This document shows, piece by piece, positions 8,073 to 17,000 of a DNA stretch of 64,000 bases (position 1 is the first letter of the stretch; each line of letters starts with the position of its first letter). The notes under the pieces were generated by a model. That model was not told the DNA's origin. It searched no databases and saw nothing but the letters and a program-made list of their open reading frames with translations. Origin of the DNA: a virus (taxonomy: Duplodnaviria > Caudoviricetes); the IMG/VR virus record IMGVR_UViG_3300012662_000015, positions 1 through 64,000 of that record, one strand, 5' to 3'. The position numbers and the translations under genes are program-made.

Positions 8073-9008
8073 TTAATTGAAAAGGTTTATGACCGCCTTG
8101 CTGATGCTGCGCTTGGCGCAGATATAGTTCGCGGTCATGGTGATGTTCGGGGTGTTCCCATTGACATGACCCATCATGATGGCTATCTGGTCAAGCGGAC
8201 ACCCACGCAGGAACAGGTTGGTCGCAAAAGACCTGCGCCCCGTGTGGCTCGTCACAAACTCGTACTTCTTCCCGGTCTTCGATTTACCCTGGCTGAAGAC
8301 TGTTGTTCGCTCGTCGATGCCGCATTTCCTGCAAAGCTCCTTGATGCGCTCATTTAAATGGTCTACGCGCATGTTTTTAAACTCGTCCGGCCAATTGTCC
8401 ACGAGATATGGCTCAAGCCATTTGTGCACGGGCACAGATACCTCTACGGGGTGTTTCTGTGCCACGTAAGTGATGTACTTGATTCCGTCAATCTCGTGGA
8501 CGTTCGCCATTGAAAAACGATGGCAGTCAACGCAGCGGGCGCCAGTAAGGCACTCGCGCATGAAAATAGCCTTCACGTATTTTTCAAGATCCGTGTCAGG
8601 CTCATACAAGTGCAATCGTTTGATCTCGGAGGTCGTCAGGTACACATTCTTCGTGATTGTCTTCTTGACACTCAGAATTGACGTGTAGGTCTTTGACTGG
8701 ATGGGCTTTGTCGCCTTGTTCCTGTTGAGCACAGCCTTCAACTCCGCGCATATCGTGCGGACGCTGTTCGGCGAAATCTCTTCCATCATGTTCTCCCGAA
8801 GGTCGGAAAGGACATCGTCGGTCAAATCGTCCCAGTCGGGGTTCTTGCCCAAGATGTCCCGCAGACGCACAAGCGTGCTAACCCTGTTTGGATGCTTCCT
8901 GCACCAGGTGCCGCTGAACGAGTGCCATTGCGGGTTCATGACGGACAGGAATCCGTGGCGGATGGCGGATGAATACCTCCGCCTCTGTTCGTCTGTAAGT
9001 TCTTTCAT
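8073..9008 (-). CDS. Second tyrosine recombinase
   Basis: LTGARCVD, VTSHTGRRSFATNL, MMGH and C-terminal Tyr motifs. Confidence 0.88.
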   Translation of the reverse strand: MKELTDEQRRRYSSAIRHGFLSVMNPQWHSFSGTWCRKHPNRVSTLVRLRDILGKNPDWDDLTDDVLSDLRENMMEEISPNSVRTICAELKAVLNRNKATKPIQSKTYTSILSVKKTITKNVYLTTSEIKRLHLYEPDTDLEKYVKAIFMRECLTGARCVDCHRFSMANVHEIDGIKYITYVAQKHPVEVSVPVHKWLEPYLVDNWPDEFKNMRVDHLNERIKELCRKCGIDERTTVFSQGKSKTGKKYEFVTSHTGRRSFATNLFLRGCPLDQIAIMMGHVNGNTPNITMTANYICAKRSISKAVINLFN

Positions 9009-9068
9009 ATTCGAAATATTGTTGGTTAATAATGAAGGCACGGCCATTTGCAGGCCACGCCCGTTCCG

Positions 9069-9578
9069 CTAAATCAAGGACACAAGTGCAGTATCGATGC
9101 CGTGCCTCTTCTTCTTCTCTACTACGTACCCTCCCATGATTTGCAGGAGGGAAAGGGCGTTCTTGAAGTAAGGGGAGTCAACAACGATGCGAGGACGCTC
9201 AATATCACGAATATTGAACCCGCTGGTGTATTCGTCAAGAAGCGTGTCGAAACCGGCCGGAACGCAATTGTCGCATTCCCCGTCCTTTGTTTGAGCTTTC
9301 CACCCTCCGGCCTTTCCGGTTGAAAGTCGCCAGTAAATGGCTTCTTTGTATGGACGCGAGAAGACGCTCCAATCCTCTTTGGTCTTCATCGCCAGCTCCA
9401 AAATTTCGTCATCGGTTTTCACGTCAAGAAACCTGTAACTCACAAGCAGCAGTTTGTCCTTTACCTCGTGCTCTCTGAAATAATCCGCGACAGCCTCAAG
9501 GAACCCGTTCGTATCGAACTTGTTCGCTACATATCCCTTCTCCTTCAAAAGGTCTTGAGCAGTTGTTATTTTCGCCAT
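9069..9578 (-). CDS. Hypothetical protein
   Basis: 169-aa ORF; -7 box TACCTTTG at 9604-9611 upstream. Confidence 0.7.
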   Translation of the reverse strand: MAKITTAQDLLKEKGYVANKFDTNGFLEAVADYFREHEVKDKLLLVSYRFLDVKTDDEILELAMKTKEDWSVFSRPYKEAIYWRLSTGKAGGWKAQTKDGECDNCVPAGFDTLLDEYTSGFNIRDIERPRIVVDSPYFKNALSLLQIMGGYVVEKKKRHGIDTALVSLI

Positions 9579-9666
9579 AGTCTTGTTATTGGTTTCACGT
9601 CCGCAAAGGTAGGTATATTATATTATAACAACCTACACTTTCCTGCTTTTAACACTTAATTAACAG

Positions 9667-10098
9667 TCAATCTATGAGTGAAGGTATCTTCATGTTGTGC
9701 TTTACGCTGATATGAATGAAATTATCCGGTCTAATCACAACACGGTACACGAGGCCAGAGTCCCCATCGCAGTCGTCAAGGAACGTCAGCACGCAGTCTT
9801 CGCAATCGGATACGTCAACATCTGTAAGCCGATTCACGATAGACTTCGCCCATGTCTTGAAATGGCATCCGTCCATGTCAATAAAGGAAGTGAATGGATG
9901 GACTTCAAGAATATTCGAGTAACATTCCGCATAAGTCGTGACAGTGAGGGCAAACCCAACCGACTTTTTCCCGATGTCGGCATGTATGTGATTGTCAAAC
10001 ATCGCGTCAAGCAAAACATCCAGGCAAACATTGGTCTCATCAATCGGAGCAGGTATCAAAGTAGCCCACTCCTCAGTTGTCATTTCTATTCTTTTCAT
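9667..10098 (-). CDS. Hypothetical protein
   Basis: 143-aa ORF with A-rich leader. Confidence 0.65.
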   Translation of the reverse strand: MKRIEMTTEEWATLIPAPIDETNVCLDVLLDAMFDNHIHADIGKKSVGFALTVTTYAECYSNILEVHPFTSFIDMDGCHFKTWAKSIVNRLTDVDVSDCEDCVLTFLDDCDGDSGLVYRVVIRPDNFIHISVKHNMKIPSLID

Positions 10099-10141
10099 AT
10101 TCTCGTTAAATTGATTAGTAATTGCCGTTTTTAACTCGGAT

Positions 10142-10528
10142 TTAACTCTCTTTGGCTGCCTCGAACAGGATATACCAGTCGAGGATGCCTAAGCCCTGCA
10201 AGAAATAGCCGAGCGACAAGGCCTCGTCTCTGAATTTCTCCACTCTCGCCAGGAACGTCGTGTCGTAGCCAAAGTGCTCGAATAGTTTCTTCGCAACCAC
10301 GAACTTCCAGTCATCGTCCAGGTAGTCTTGCTTGATGCCGTTGAACTCGATGTTTCTATCTACTGCATCGTATGCTTCCTCCCACACATTGTCGATGGCC
10401 TCCAAGAGCTCCTTGGCTGTCTTCGTGTAGTCGATGTCCGTATCCGTGATGTTGAGGAGAATCTTGCCGTTCTCGTCAACCAAGTGCCACTCGTAGTAGC
10501 CTACTTCTAATCTTACTTTCTTATCCAT
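10142..10528 (-). CDS. Hypothetical protein
   Basis: ORF; likely start MDKKVRL. Confidence 0.7.
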   Translation of the reverse strand: MDKKVRLEVGYYEWHLVDENGKILLNITDTDIDYTKTAKELLEAIDNVWEEAYDAVDRNIEFNGIKQDYLDDDWKFVVAKKLFEHFGYDTTFLARVEKFRDEALSLGYFLQGLGILDWYILFEAAKES

Positions 10529-10586
10529 AATCTCAATATTTTTGGTTCGTTTGAAACCGTGACAAAACATCACGGCTTTGGTTTGG

Positions 10587-11168
10587 CTAATTGCGGTTGG
10601 TTAAGGCTTTCTCCAACTTGTCTCTAACCTGGTTCTTGAATCTCTCCAACATCTCGTCCAACTCACATCTGATAGAATCGCCGTGGATGTAGGAGGAATA
10701 CGTTCTTGCATTCTCGATGGATGTCAGAATATTGGATATAGCCAGCAACTCTCCGTCGTCGAAATCATAGCAGTCGCAGCTGCAAGTCAGGCCGTTCCTG
10801 TAGTTCTCGAACTTCTTGTCCGGGTAGGCGTGGTTATGGAATGCCACCACCAACTCTCGCAGCATCTCCTTGCAGTCAACCATGTCGTTAATGATGCCCT
10901 GTAGGTCGTAAGGTGCACCATTCGTTCCATGTCCGTCCGGACCTATCCAGTTGATAGCCTCCTCGCTTGGGTCAAGGCCTCTCCAGTACTCCTCCAATTT
11001 GTCTGCGAAGTCGCACTCGTTATCAGTCTCGAACCAGATGGTAACGATGAAGTCTTGATCTTGTGGTGATTGCTTCTCCAGCTCTACACAAGTATGTCCC
11101 TCGTTTGGAGACTCTGATATGCTAAAACTCCAATCTATCTCTTCTGCATACTTCAAAAAATCATTCAT
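10587..11168 (-). CDS. Hypothetical protein
   Basis: 193-aa ORF with A-rich leader. Confidence 0.7.
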   Translation of the reverse strand: MNDFLKYAEEIDWSFSISESPNEGHTCVELEKQSPQDQDFIVTIWFETDNECDFADKLEEYWRGLDPSEEAINWIGPDGHGTNGAPYDLQGIINDMVDCKEMLRELVVAFHNHAYPDKKFENYRNGLTCSCDCYDFDDGELLAISNILTSIENARTYSSYIHGDSIRCELDEMLERFKNQVRDKLEKALTNRN

Positions 11169-11223
11169 AATCTTTACAATTTATTGGTTAAACAAATGGG
11201 ACCCTCCGAAGAGGGCTTTTGGC

Positions 11224-11931
11224 TTAGTGGGCGAGGAATCCGACAGCCTGTCCTTTTCCTATCTTCCAACAGAGCCTGTCTTCCTTTAGGCACTCCGTGC
11301 AGTTTCCTGAGCAGAGCATCGTGCCTTCGGGAGCTGACGTTCCGTTCTCGAATATTGGGTGCGCCTCAGGGAATCCGTGCGGGTTCGGCATGTCCAAGCC
11401 AAGCCATCCCGAGAACAGGATATGCAAGTTCTCGGGGATCACGTTGCCCTTGTCGAGGTATCCGTTGCACACCTTGAACATCTTGGTGAATGTCAAGAAC
11501 TTCGTCTCGGGGTGATTTCTCGCAATCTCGCACATCTTCCCAAGATACCACTCGTCCTTGATGTCTCCGCCAACGTGGAAGCGAAAGGCGCGAGGGGATC
11601 TGTAGTTGATGTATCCGTCTATCTCCTTGAAGTAACGCTCTGGATCCTCATGGAGGATTGCGGAGTTCGTCGCTCTGGACTTAATGACTCCCTTGTAGAT
11701 GAGGTCGTTGCGTAGATCATAGCAGGACTTGCTGCATAGACCGCAGTTCCCGCAGTCCATTACAGGAATGAGGGAAACGGAGGGGATGGCGCCTAACTTG
11801 ATGTTCCCATCGCTGATGCTAACGTGAAGGTTATCCACGTTGCCAACTGCGTCATCGTAGGCAGCCTGTGCCTTTGCGATGCGCCTTGCCATGTTTTCCT
11901 TTGTCAACACCCAGTAAATTCTTTTGCTCAT
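11224..11931 (-). CDS. Gp88-like Cys-rich (putative Fe-S) protein
   Basis: N.KLG, CGNCGLCSKSCY, FRFHVGGD, FTK and C-terminal CSGNCTEC...C motifs typical of the 'gene product 88' family. Confidence 0.65.
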   Translation of the reverse strand: MSKRIYWVLTKENMARRIAKAQAAYDDAVGNVDNLHVSISDGNIKLGAIPSVSLIPVMDCGNCGLCSKSCYDLRNDLIYKGVIKSRATNSAILHEDPERYFKEIDGYINYRSPRAFRFHVGGDIKDEWYLGKMCEIARNHPETKFLTFTKMFKVCNGYLDKGNVIPENLHILFSGWLGLDMPNPHGFPEAHPIFENGTSAPEGTMLCSGNCTECLKEDRLCWKIGKGQAVGFLAH

Positions 11932-12029
11932 AATTCTAAAACTTTAATTGGTTAATATTAGGAATGAAAGAAGGAGGCGTGTCTCACGACAGACCCCCTT
12001 TTCACCATTTAAACAAATCGAGTTATGTG

Positions 12030-12832
12030 TAGCGGCCAGCGCTATGGCTGGCTTGTTTGGCTAATGTGGCTCTCGGCTGTGTGCCTCGCTATATCGTTCT
12101 GATATAAAGAGCTTATATGAGAATGATCCTAACCGGTTAACCTTACCGGAGAGATCAGGATGCTACTAACAGTATTTATGAATTTACCCTCCTTGCGCAT
12201 TGTTCGGCTCGCAATAACCATATTGTTGCGCAGAATCAATGGGATGTATAGTGCGTGTAATTTTACGATCAATGCGCCGCACGACTGAGGCGCCTGTCAG
12301 CGAAAGCAAGACAAGGCGCCTTGGATTAATGCGGCGTAGGTGAAACTTCAATCTTTTCTGCGCGGGCCTATATACCCTTGTTTTTTGTGGACACGCTCAA
12401 AGACCTGTTGCATATCTGTATTTTGTTGATTTAACCAGAAACATAGGCGGGTCCCTGCAACGGTAACAGCGGTGTAAGGGCCCCGCCTGTTTGGCTCTGG
12501 TTATTGAAGTCCCGTCTTCTCGTGTGTCCTTTTCGGCTTGCGATAGCTCTTGGACTGACCGACGGCTCGGCACATGGGTATAATTCCTTGATTAGCTACA
12601 GGTAGTCGCCAGACTCTGAGTGCAAGTGATGCGCAGCATCAGAGTCTGGTTAGAGACCTGTCGCATAAACGTTGCCGTTTATCAATCCTTGGCGGTGTGC
12701 GCCGCCTGTGGAAGTCATACGGACTGGCACATAACGATAGTTAGTAGATATTGCCTGCCTTGTGCGTCTTCACAAGGTCCCTCAGCCAATCTCAAGTCGA
12801 ATGCCGATAGGTGTGAAACTTGACTCGGCTGA
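12030..12832 (-). ncRNA. Putative structured ncRNA array: ~162-nt-periodic hairpin units
   Basis: No credible CDS. Long hairpins at 12124-12157, 12273-12338, 12432-12503, 12598-12661 and 12782-12832. Motif ATC-N7-TAY-N4-A on the minus strand at 12749, 12592, 12430, 12269 and 12103. Confidence 0.7.
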
Positions 12833-12908
12833 TCACGAGACCCTTGTCGATGGCATACTGCCAACGCTCGGGCTCGAAGAACATTTGTAGGATTTTGTCT
12901 TCATTCAT
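12792..12908 (-). pseudogene. 38-codon stump, probably the N-terminus of a deleted phage reverse transcriptase
   Basis: MNEDKILQMFFEPERWQYAIDKGLV-ISRVKFHTYRHST* with a normal A-rich leader. The first ~25 aa resemble, from memory and unverified, the N-termini of Bacteroidales prophage RTs; the ORF then runs into the hairpin array. Confidence 0.5.
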
Positions 12909-12957
12909 AATTCTTCTTGCTTTGGTTATTGCGATGGAGGGTTACACCCTCCCACAC

Positions 12958-13239
12958 TTAGGCGTGCTTGTGTTTTGCGAAGTCCTCTATAACCTTCTCG
13001 TAGATTTCGCCTGTCAGGAATAGACTGAAATTAGACTGGCCTACAACCCAATGCTTTTCCTCCCAACATGGCGGAATCTTTATTCCTATCATTTCAAGGA
13101 ACGATAAGTCGGCATTATTCTCGTGCGCAACGCCAACCCATCCTATCTTGCCATTTATGACGTACATCTCCCCGGATCCATTCAATCTAAAGTTGACGTG
13201 CCACACAATAGCCTCTACTAATCTTTCTTTTTCTGTCAT
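12958..13239 (-). CDS. Hypothetical protein
   Basis: 93-aa ORF with cassette leader. Confidence 0.7.
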   Translation of the reverse strand: MTEKERLVEAIVWHVNFRLNGSGEMYVINGKIGWVGVAHENNADLSFLEMIGIKIPPCWEEKHWVVGQSNFSLFLTGEIYEKVIEDFAKHKHA

Positions 13240-13290
13240 ACTCTTAACGTTTTGGTTATAGTAAGGGAGAATACTCTCCCCCCAATTTGG

Positions 13291-13515
13291 CTATGGCTTG
13301 ATTTCCTGATACACAGGGCCATCTTCCTCTTCGCATCTGTAGAAACCCTGGTCATCTTCGACCTCAAGTTCTGCTCCACAGTAATCGTCAGAGCCAAGAA
13401 TAATCTCGCTGTTATTGTAGGCGTCCTGCACGAGCTGCATCGCTTGACTTTCATTCTCCGCCTCTACACTAACGACCTTGTTTAAGGTCTCTGTTACTGA
13501 TACATAATACTTCAT
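13291..13515 (-). CDS. DpnD/PcfM-family protein
   Basis: KYYVSVTETLNKVVSVEAENE...AY...EIIL pattern. Confidence 0.7.
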   Translation of the reverse strand: MKYYVSVTETLNKVVSVEAENESQAMQLVQDAYNNSEIILGSDDYCGAELEVEDDQGFYRCEEEDGPVYQEIKP

Positions 13516-13547
13516 AATCTTTACTTTTTTAGTTATAGTAAGGGAGG

Positions 13548-13751
13548 TTAGCCTCCCTTTGTTTTTGGCTTGTATGCCTCTTGTTTTAGGTTAATCGCAT
13601 CTCCTGCCATATAGAAGCAGTCGGACTCTCTAAGGCCAAGACCTTCCTCTGAGTAGAGATATGTTTCAATATCTTCCTCATCCCACTCGTCTGGGCATCC
13701 ACAGATAACACGTACCTCGGAGGTAGCGTAGTTCATAATTGCTATTTGCAT
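13548..13751 (-). CDS. Hypothetical protein
   Basis: 67-aa ORF with ATTAACC leader. Confidence 0.65.
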   Translation of the reverse strand: MQIAIMNYATSEVRVICGCPDEWDEEDIETYLYSEEGLGLRESDCFYMAGDAINLKQEAYKPKTKGG

Positions 13752-13806
13752 ATTCTTATACTTTTTGGTTAATAATGGGCACAGGGATTGCTCCCTGACC
13801 TTTTGG

Positions 13807-14046
13807 CTAAGTCCAATTCACAATAAGGATTTGGCGGATGATGTCGGTGTTGTAGTCTTCGTCAAGAATGTATCTTATGAGAGCCTTCTTGACTTTTATC
13901 TCCCTGAGATCGTCGTTTGGCTCATCGAAAGCCTCGGCAAAGTAATCCATTCCGAACATATCCGCCTCCTTGAGGACGTAATCCTTGAAATCGCTTGCGT
14001 TCCATGTAGGCGTATAGCCTCTTTCTAAAATCTCGTCTATAATCAT
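13807..14046 (-). CDS. Hypothetical protein
   Basis: ORF; likely start MIIDEIL. Confidence 0.65.
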   Translation of the reverse strand: MIIDEILERGYTPTWNASDFKDYVLKEADMFGMDYFAEAFDEPNDDLREIKVKKALIRYILDEDYNTDIIRQILIVNWT

Positions 14047-14103
14047 AATTGTAAAAGTTTGGTTTGCTGTAGGTAGCCAAGCGGCTACCATTCTTAGGCT
14101 TTT

Positions 14104-14373
14104 TCAGAGTTCGCTGGACAAGGCGTCCAACACCATTTTCGCATGGTACGCAACAGGATTGTTGTACTTCATCTCTGCGAGGATACGTCTCTCGCAAATC
14201 TCCATGCAACGCTCGTCTGCAACATCTTCCGATTCCACCGTAGCTCCAAGCACGGTGCGATCGGAGGGCTTCCCGATGAAATAACTATTTCCACAACGAT
14301 AGCAGATGATCGTCCTGCCAATCTTGTAAACTACATTGCAGCCCTTGAGCTGCTTCTTGATCTTCTCGTTCAT
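14104..14373 (-). CDS. Hypothetical protein
   Basis: 89-aa ORF with cassette leader. Confidence 0.7.
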   Translation of the reverse strand: MNEKIKKQLKGCNVVYKIGRTIICYRCGNSYFIGKPSDRTVLGATVESEDVADERCMEICERRILAEMKYNNPVAYHAKMVLDALSSEL

Positions 14374-14424
14374 AATTCTCGTTTATTGGTGAATAGAAAG
14401 GGAGCGTGCAAGCTCCCCCGCATT

Positions 14425-15240
14425 TTAGGCGGTTTTCTTAGGCACGAGGCCGTTCTCTTCGATAACACGGTCAATGAGGTCGTCTGCGTCATCAATGAAA
14501 TAGCTTCCGCAAGAGTCAACCATCTCCCATTCGTAGCCGTCCTCCGGTTCCCTGTCGGTTCCAGGGAACGTCTTGATGTAATGGACTTTCTTCTCGAGGG
14601 TGTAGAGGAGAACGTCTCCCCATAACCACTTGCCGATTTCTTCGGCTTCCTGCTGCATCGCTTCAACGGCACGCTTGCGCCAGTCTTTCTCATCTGGGAA
14701 ATAGTTCAGGAAACGCTTCTTGTCGCAATAGGCGAAACCTTCCACACAGTCGCCCTGGCTATAGCCGCGGCTGCTCCATGTAGTGAAAGCAATCTCCTTC
14801 TGGCAAAACTCCATGAGATACTCAAGATCGCCAACATCAAGCTCCTTGACAACGTAGTCGAGATAGTTGTTCTTAACATCGTCGGGCGTGTATTCCAAGA
14901 CCTCTCTCCATCGCTCGTCTGTGCGACCGAGATTGCAAGCCCTATATAATATCCACATGTGCCGACTCTTGTCATATTGGAAACTCAAATCACGGACATG
15001 CTCGTTTATATAGCCGATGATGGTCTTGTTGGGAATATGGTCGAGCACCATTAGATGAAGGACATCGTCAATATCCTTGTCATGGCCGTACTCGTCCAGA
15101 TTGCCTCTGCAACATCCGCTGTTTTCATAGATGAATTTACCAACCAAATCAATGTCGGTGTAGGGGCACAATGGATCATCGTCCTGGTAGACGGAGATTC
15201 TGTAATCTCCAATCTCCTTCTGTTCATACATGTAACTCAT
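14425..15240 (-). CDS. Hypothetical protein
   Basis: 271-aa ORF. Confidence 0.8.
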   Translation of the reverse strand: MSYMYEQKEIGDYRISVYQDDDPLCPYTDIDLVGKFIYENSGCCRGNLDEYGHDKDIDDVLHLMVLDHIPNKTIIGYINEHVRDLSFQYDKSRHMWILYRACNLGRTDERWREVLEYTPDDVKNNYLDYVVKELDVGDLEYLMEFCQKEIAFTTWSSRGYSQGDCVEGFAYCDKKRFLNYFPDEKDWRKRAVEAMQQEAEEIGKWLWGDVLLYTLEKKVHYIKTFPGTDREPEDGYEWEMVDSCGSYFIDDADDLIDRVIEENGLVPKKTA

Positions 15241-15305
15241 AATCTCGTAATTTTAAATGGTTGTACAATGAGCCCCATGGGACTTTGCCGCATGGGGCGG
15301 TTTGA

Positions 15306-15854
15306 CTAAAACTTGTACTCGTGTTTCTTGCGTGTGTAATTGTCCACGTAAAACACCTTCACAGCACCGTGATCCTTACGAAGCTTGTTGGCGTTGTATG
15401 CCACTCGCTCCATGCTTCCGCAAATCACGTAGTCGTGTTCCTCTCCGTTGCTATCTACAAAGGAGACGCTAAAACCGCTCCACATGAATCTGTCCAAGTT
15501 CTTTCTTACAAACTCATCGAACTTGTAGCAAACGTGAGCAGCCATCTCGTGCATCTTTACGTAATGCTCCTCATTTCCCCAAAGGGTCTTGGCAATAAGG
15601 AGACTTATTCTCTCCTTCCCTCTGTACTCAATACAGAAGTCTGTGTATATGCCCTCGTTGCAGCCAAACGTCGTGATTGAAAACGAATCGAACCCCTCGC
15701 TCACAATCTCTCTTTCGTCAAGCTGCTCAGGGATAAAATAATCGAGGCATGCCTTGTCTGCCCAGTCTCCATCCACGATGTAGTCGTAGATAATTCTCCC
15801 CAAGTCTATGGGAGTGTAAGGTCTGTCAATACCTGCAATTTTTGTTTTGCTCAT
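15306..15854 (-). CDS. Hypothetical protein
   Basis: 182-aa ORF with ATTAACC leader. Confidence 0.75.
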   Translation of the reverse strand: MSKTKIAGIDRPYTPIDLGRIIYDYIVDGDWADKACLDYFIPEQLDEREIVSEGFDSFSITTFGCNEGIYTDFCIEYRGKERISLLIAKTLWGNEEHYVKMHEMAAHVCYKFDEFVRKNLDRFMWSGFSVSFVDSNGEEHDYVICGSMERVAYNANKLRKDHGAVKVFYVDNYTRKKHEYKF

Positions 15855-15915
15855 AATTATTCTGTTTTGGTTAATAAAGAGCCCGTGCCGTTATTTGGCA
15901 CGGGCAATTCTGGCT

Positions 15916-16098
15916 TCAGTCGTGGTACGCAATGGCAACCAACTCTAAAACTGCCGAGTGCAGAAGGTTCTCTGCGCGAGGGTCAACGAGTCCGTTCATG
16001 CGAGCGCTGTGCATCTTTCTGGACGCAATCTTCACACGGTTGATTTCATACATGAGCGAACGCTCAAAATTCCTGTCACAATTCTTGTCTCTTAGCAT
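15916..16098 (-). CDS. Hypothetical protein
   Basis: 60-aa ORF with ATTAACC leader. Confidence 0.6.
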   Translation of the reverse strand: MLRDKNCDRNFERSLMYEINRVKIASRKMHSARMNGLVDPRAENLLHSAVLELVAIAYHD

Positions 16099-16157
16099 GA
16101 TTATTCTGTTTTGGTTAATAGAAGGCAGTGCGAATTATCGCACTGCCCAAATTAGGC

Positions 16158-16292
16158 TCACTCTACACAGGCCACAACCAACTTGCAGTCCGCATAGCTC
16201 ACAAATTCAACATGGGAGAACGTCTCCTGCATGCGCTCAATGGTGAGCTCGGCCTCAAACAGGCCCGCACATTCAACGCTCATCGTGCTCAT
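16158..16292 (-). CDS. 44-aa protein, paralog of 17749..17883 (not in ORF track)
   Basis: MSTMSVECAGLFEAELTIERMQETFSHVEFVSYADCKLVVACVE*; ATGA-coupled to the upstream ORF. Confidence 0.6.
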   Translation of the reverse strand: MSTMSVECAGLFEAELTIERMQETFSHVEFVSYADCKLVVACVE

Positions 16293-16462
16293 TCCGCACC
16301 CTCGTTGCTTGTTATGATCTTGGCCACGTTGTACGTGCCGAAACTCACGTCAAGGGACAGAAGCTCGGCAAACTTTAATGCGTCTTCTTCTTTTTCAAAA
16401 GAACGCTCAGCGTAACTGTTTCCGTTAGGGAAGGTCTTCACGACAATAAATTCTTTTCTCAT
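16289..16462 (-). CDS. 57-aa hypothetical protein (not in ORF track)
   Basis: MRKEFIVVKTFPNGNSYAERSFEKEEDALKFAELLS...EGAE*; ATTAACC leader. Confidence 0.6.
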   Translation of the reverse strand: MRKEFIVVKTFPNGNSYAERSFEKEEDALKFAELLSLDVSFGTYNVAKIITSNEGAE

Positions 16463-16522
16463 TATTCTGTATTTTACGGTTAATAATGGAGGCTGCCATT
16501 TACCACGGCAACCATTTCCGGC

Positions 16523-16732
16523 TTATTCGTCGTATGCGAAAGCGTGCAACCGCTCGAAGTAGTCGCTGCCGCCATACCTGTCCATGTCGCCAACGCTGTC
16601 CATGTCGTTCATCAGCTGGCGAACATCCTCACGCATTTCCTTACGCTCAATCTCCAGCTGAGCCCTTGACCTGCTGCCGAAAGACATGAGAACAAGGGGA
16701 AACACACACACGAAAATCACAAACTTTTTCAT
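16523..16732 (-). CDS. Small secreted/membrane protein
   Basis: MKKFVIFVCVFPLVLMSFG signal-peptide-like start; ATTAACC leader. Confidence 0.6.
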   Translation of the reverse strand: MKKFVIFVCVFPLVLMSFGSRSRAQLEIERKEMREDVRQLMNDMDSVGDMDRYGGSDYFERLHAFAYDE

Positions 16733-17000
16733 AATTATTGCTGTTTTATGGTTAATGGTTGCACGGTGGTGAAGACCATGCAATTTTAGCTTTAGCGTGT
16801 GTGCTCTCGCGTCTTGTGATTTAACGGCTTCACCAAGATTTGCCGGCGGAGTAATTAAGCAGCCCCTTTCCTCTGCTGCGTTTAGTGTTCGCCTCACCGC
16901 TCCGCTTTCAGTCATTTCTTTGTTTAGAGGTGGCAGAATGGCTCAAAGGTAGCTGTTTCCGAAAATCCGTAAGTTCCACCTAAGACTAATGATGTCTTTG

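Noticed and set aside
12030-12832. Hairpin array as a CRISPR array, group I/II intron or coding region
   Set aside because: No identical direct repeats, no recognisable intron core, and the short ORFs listed here lack leaders and plausible composition.
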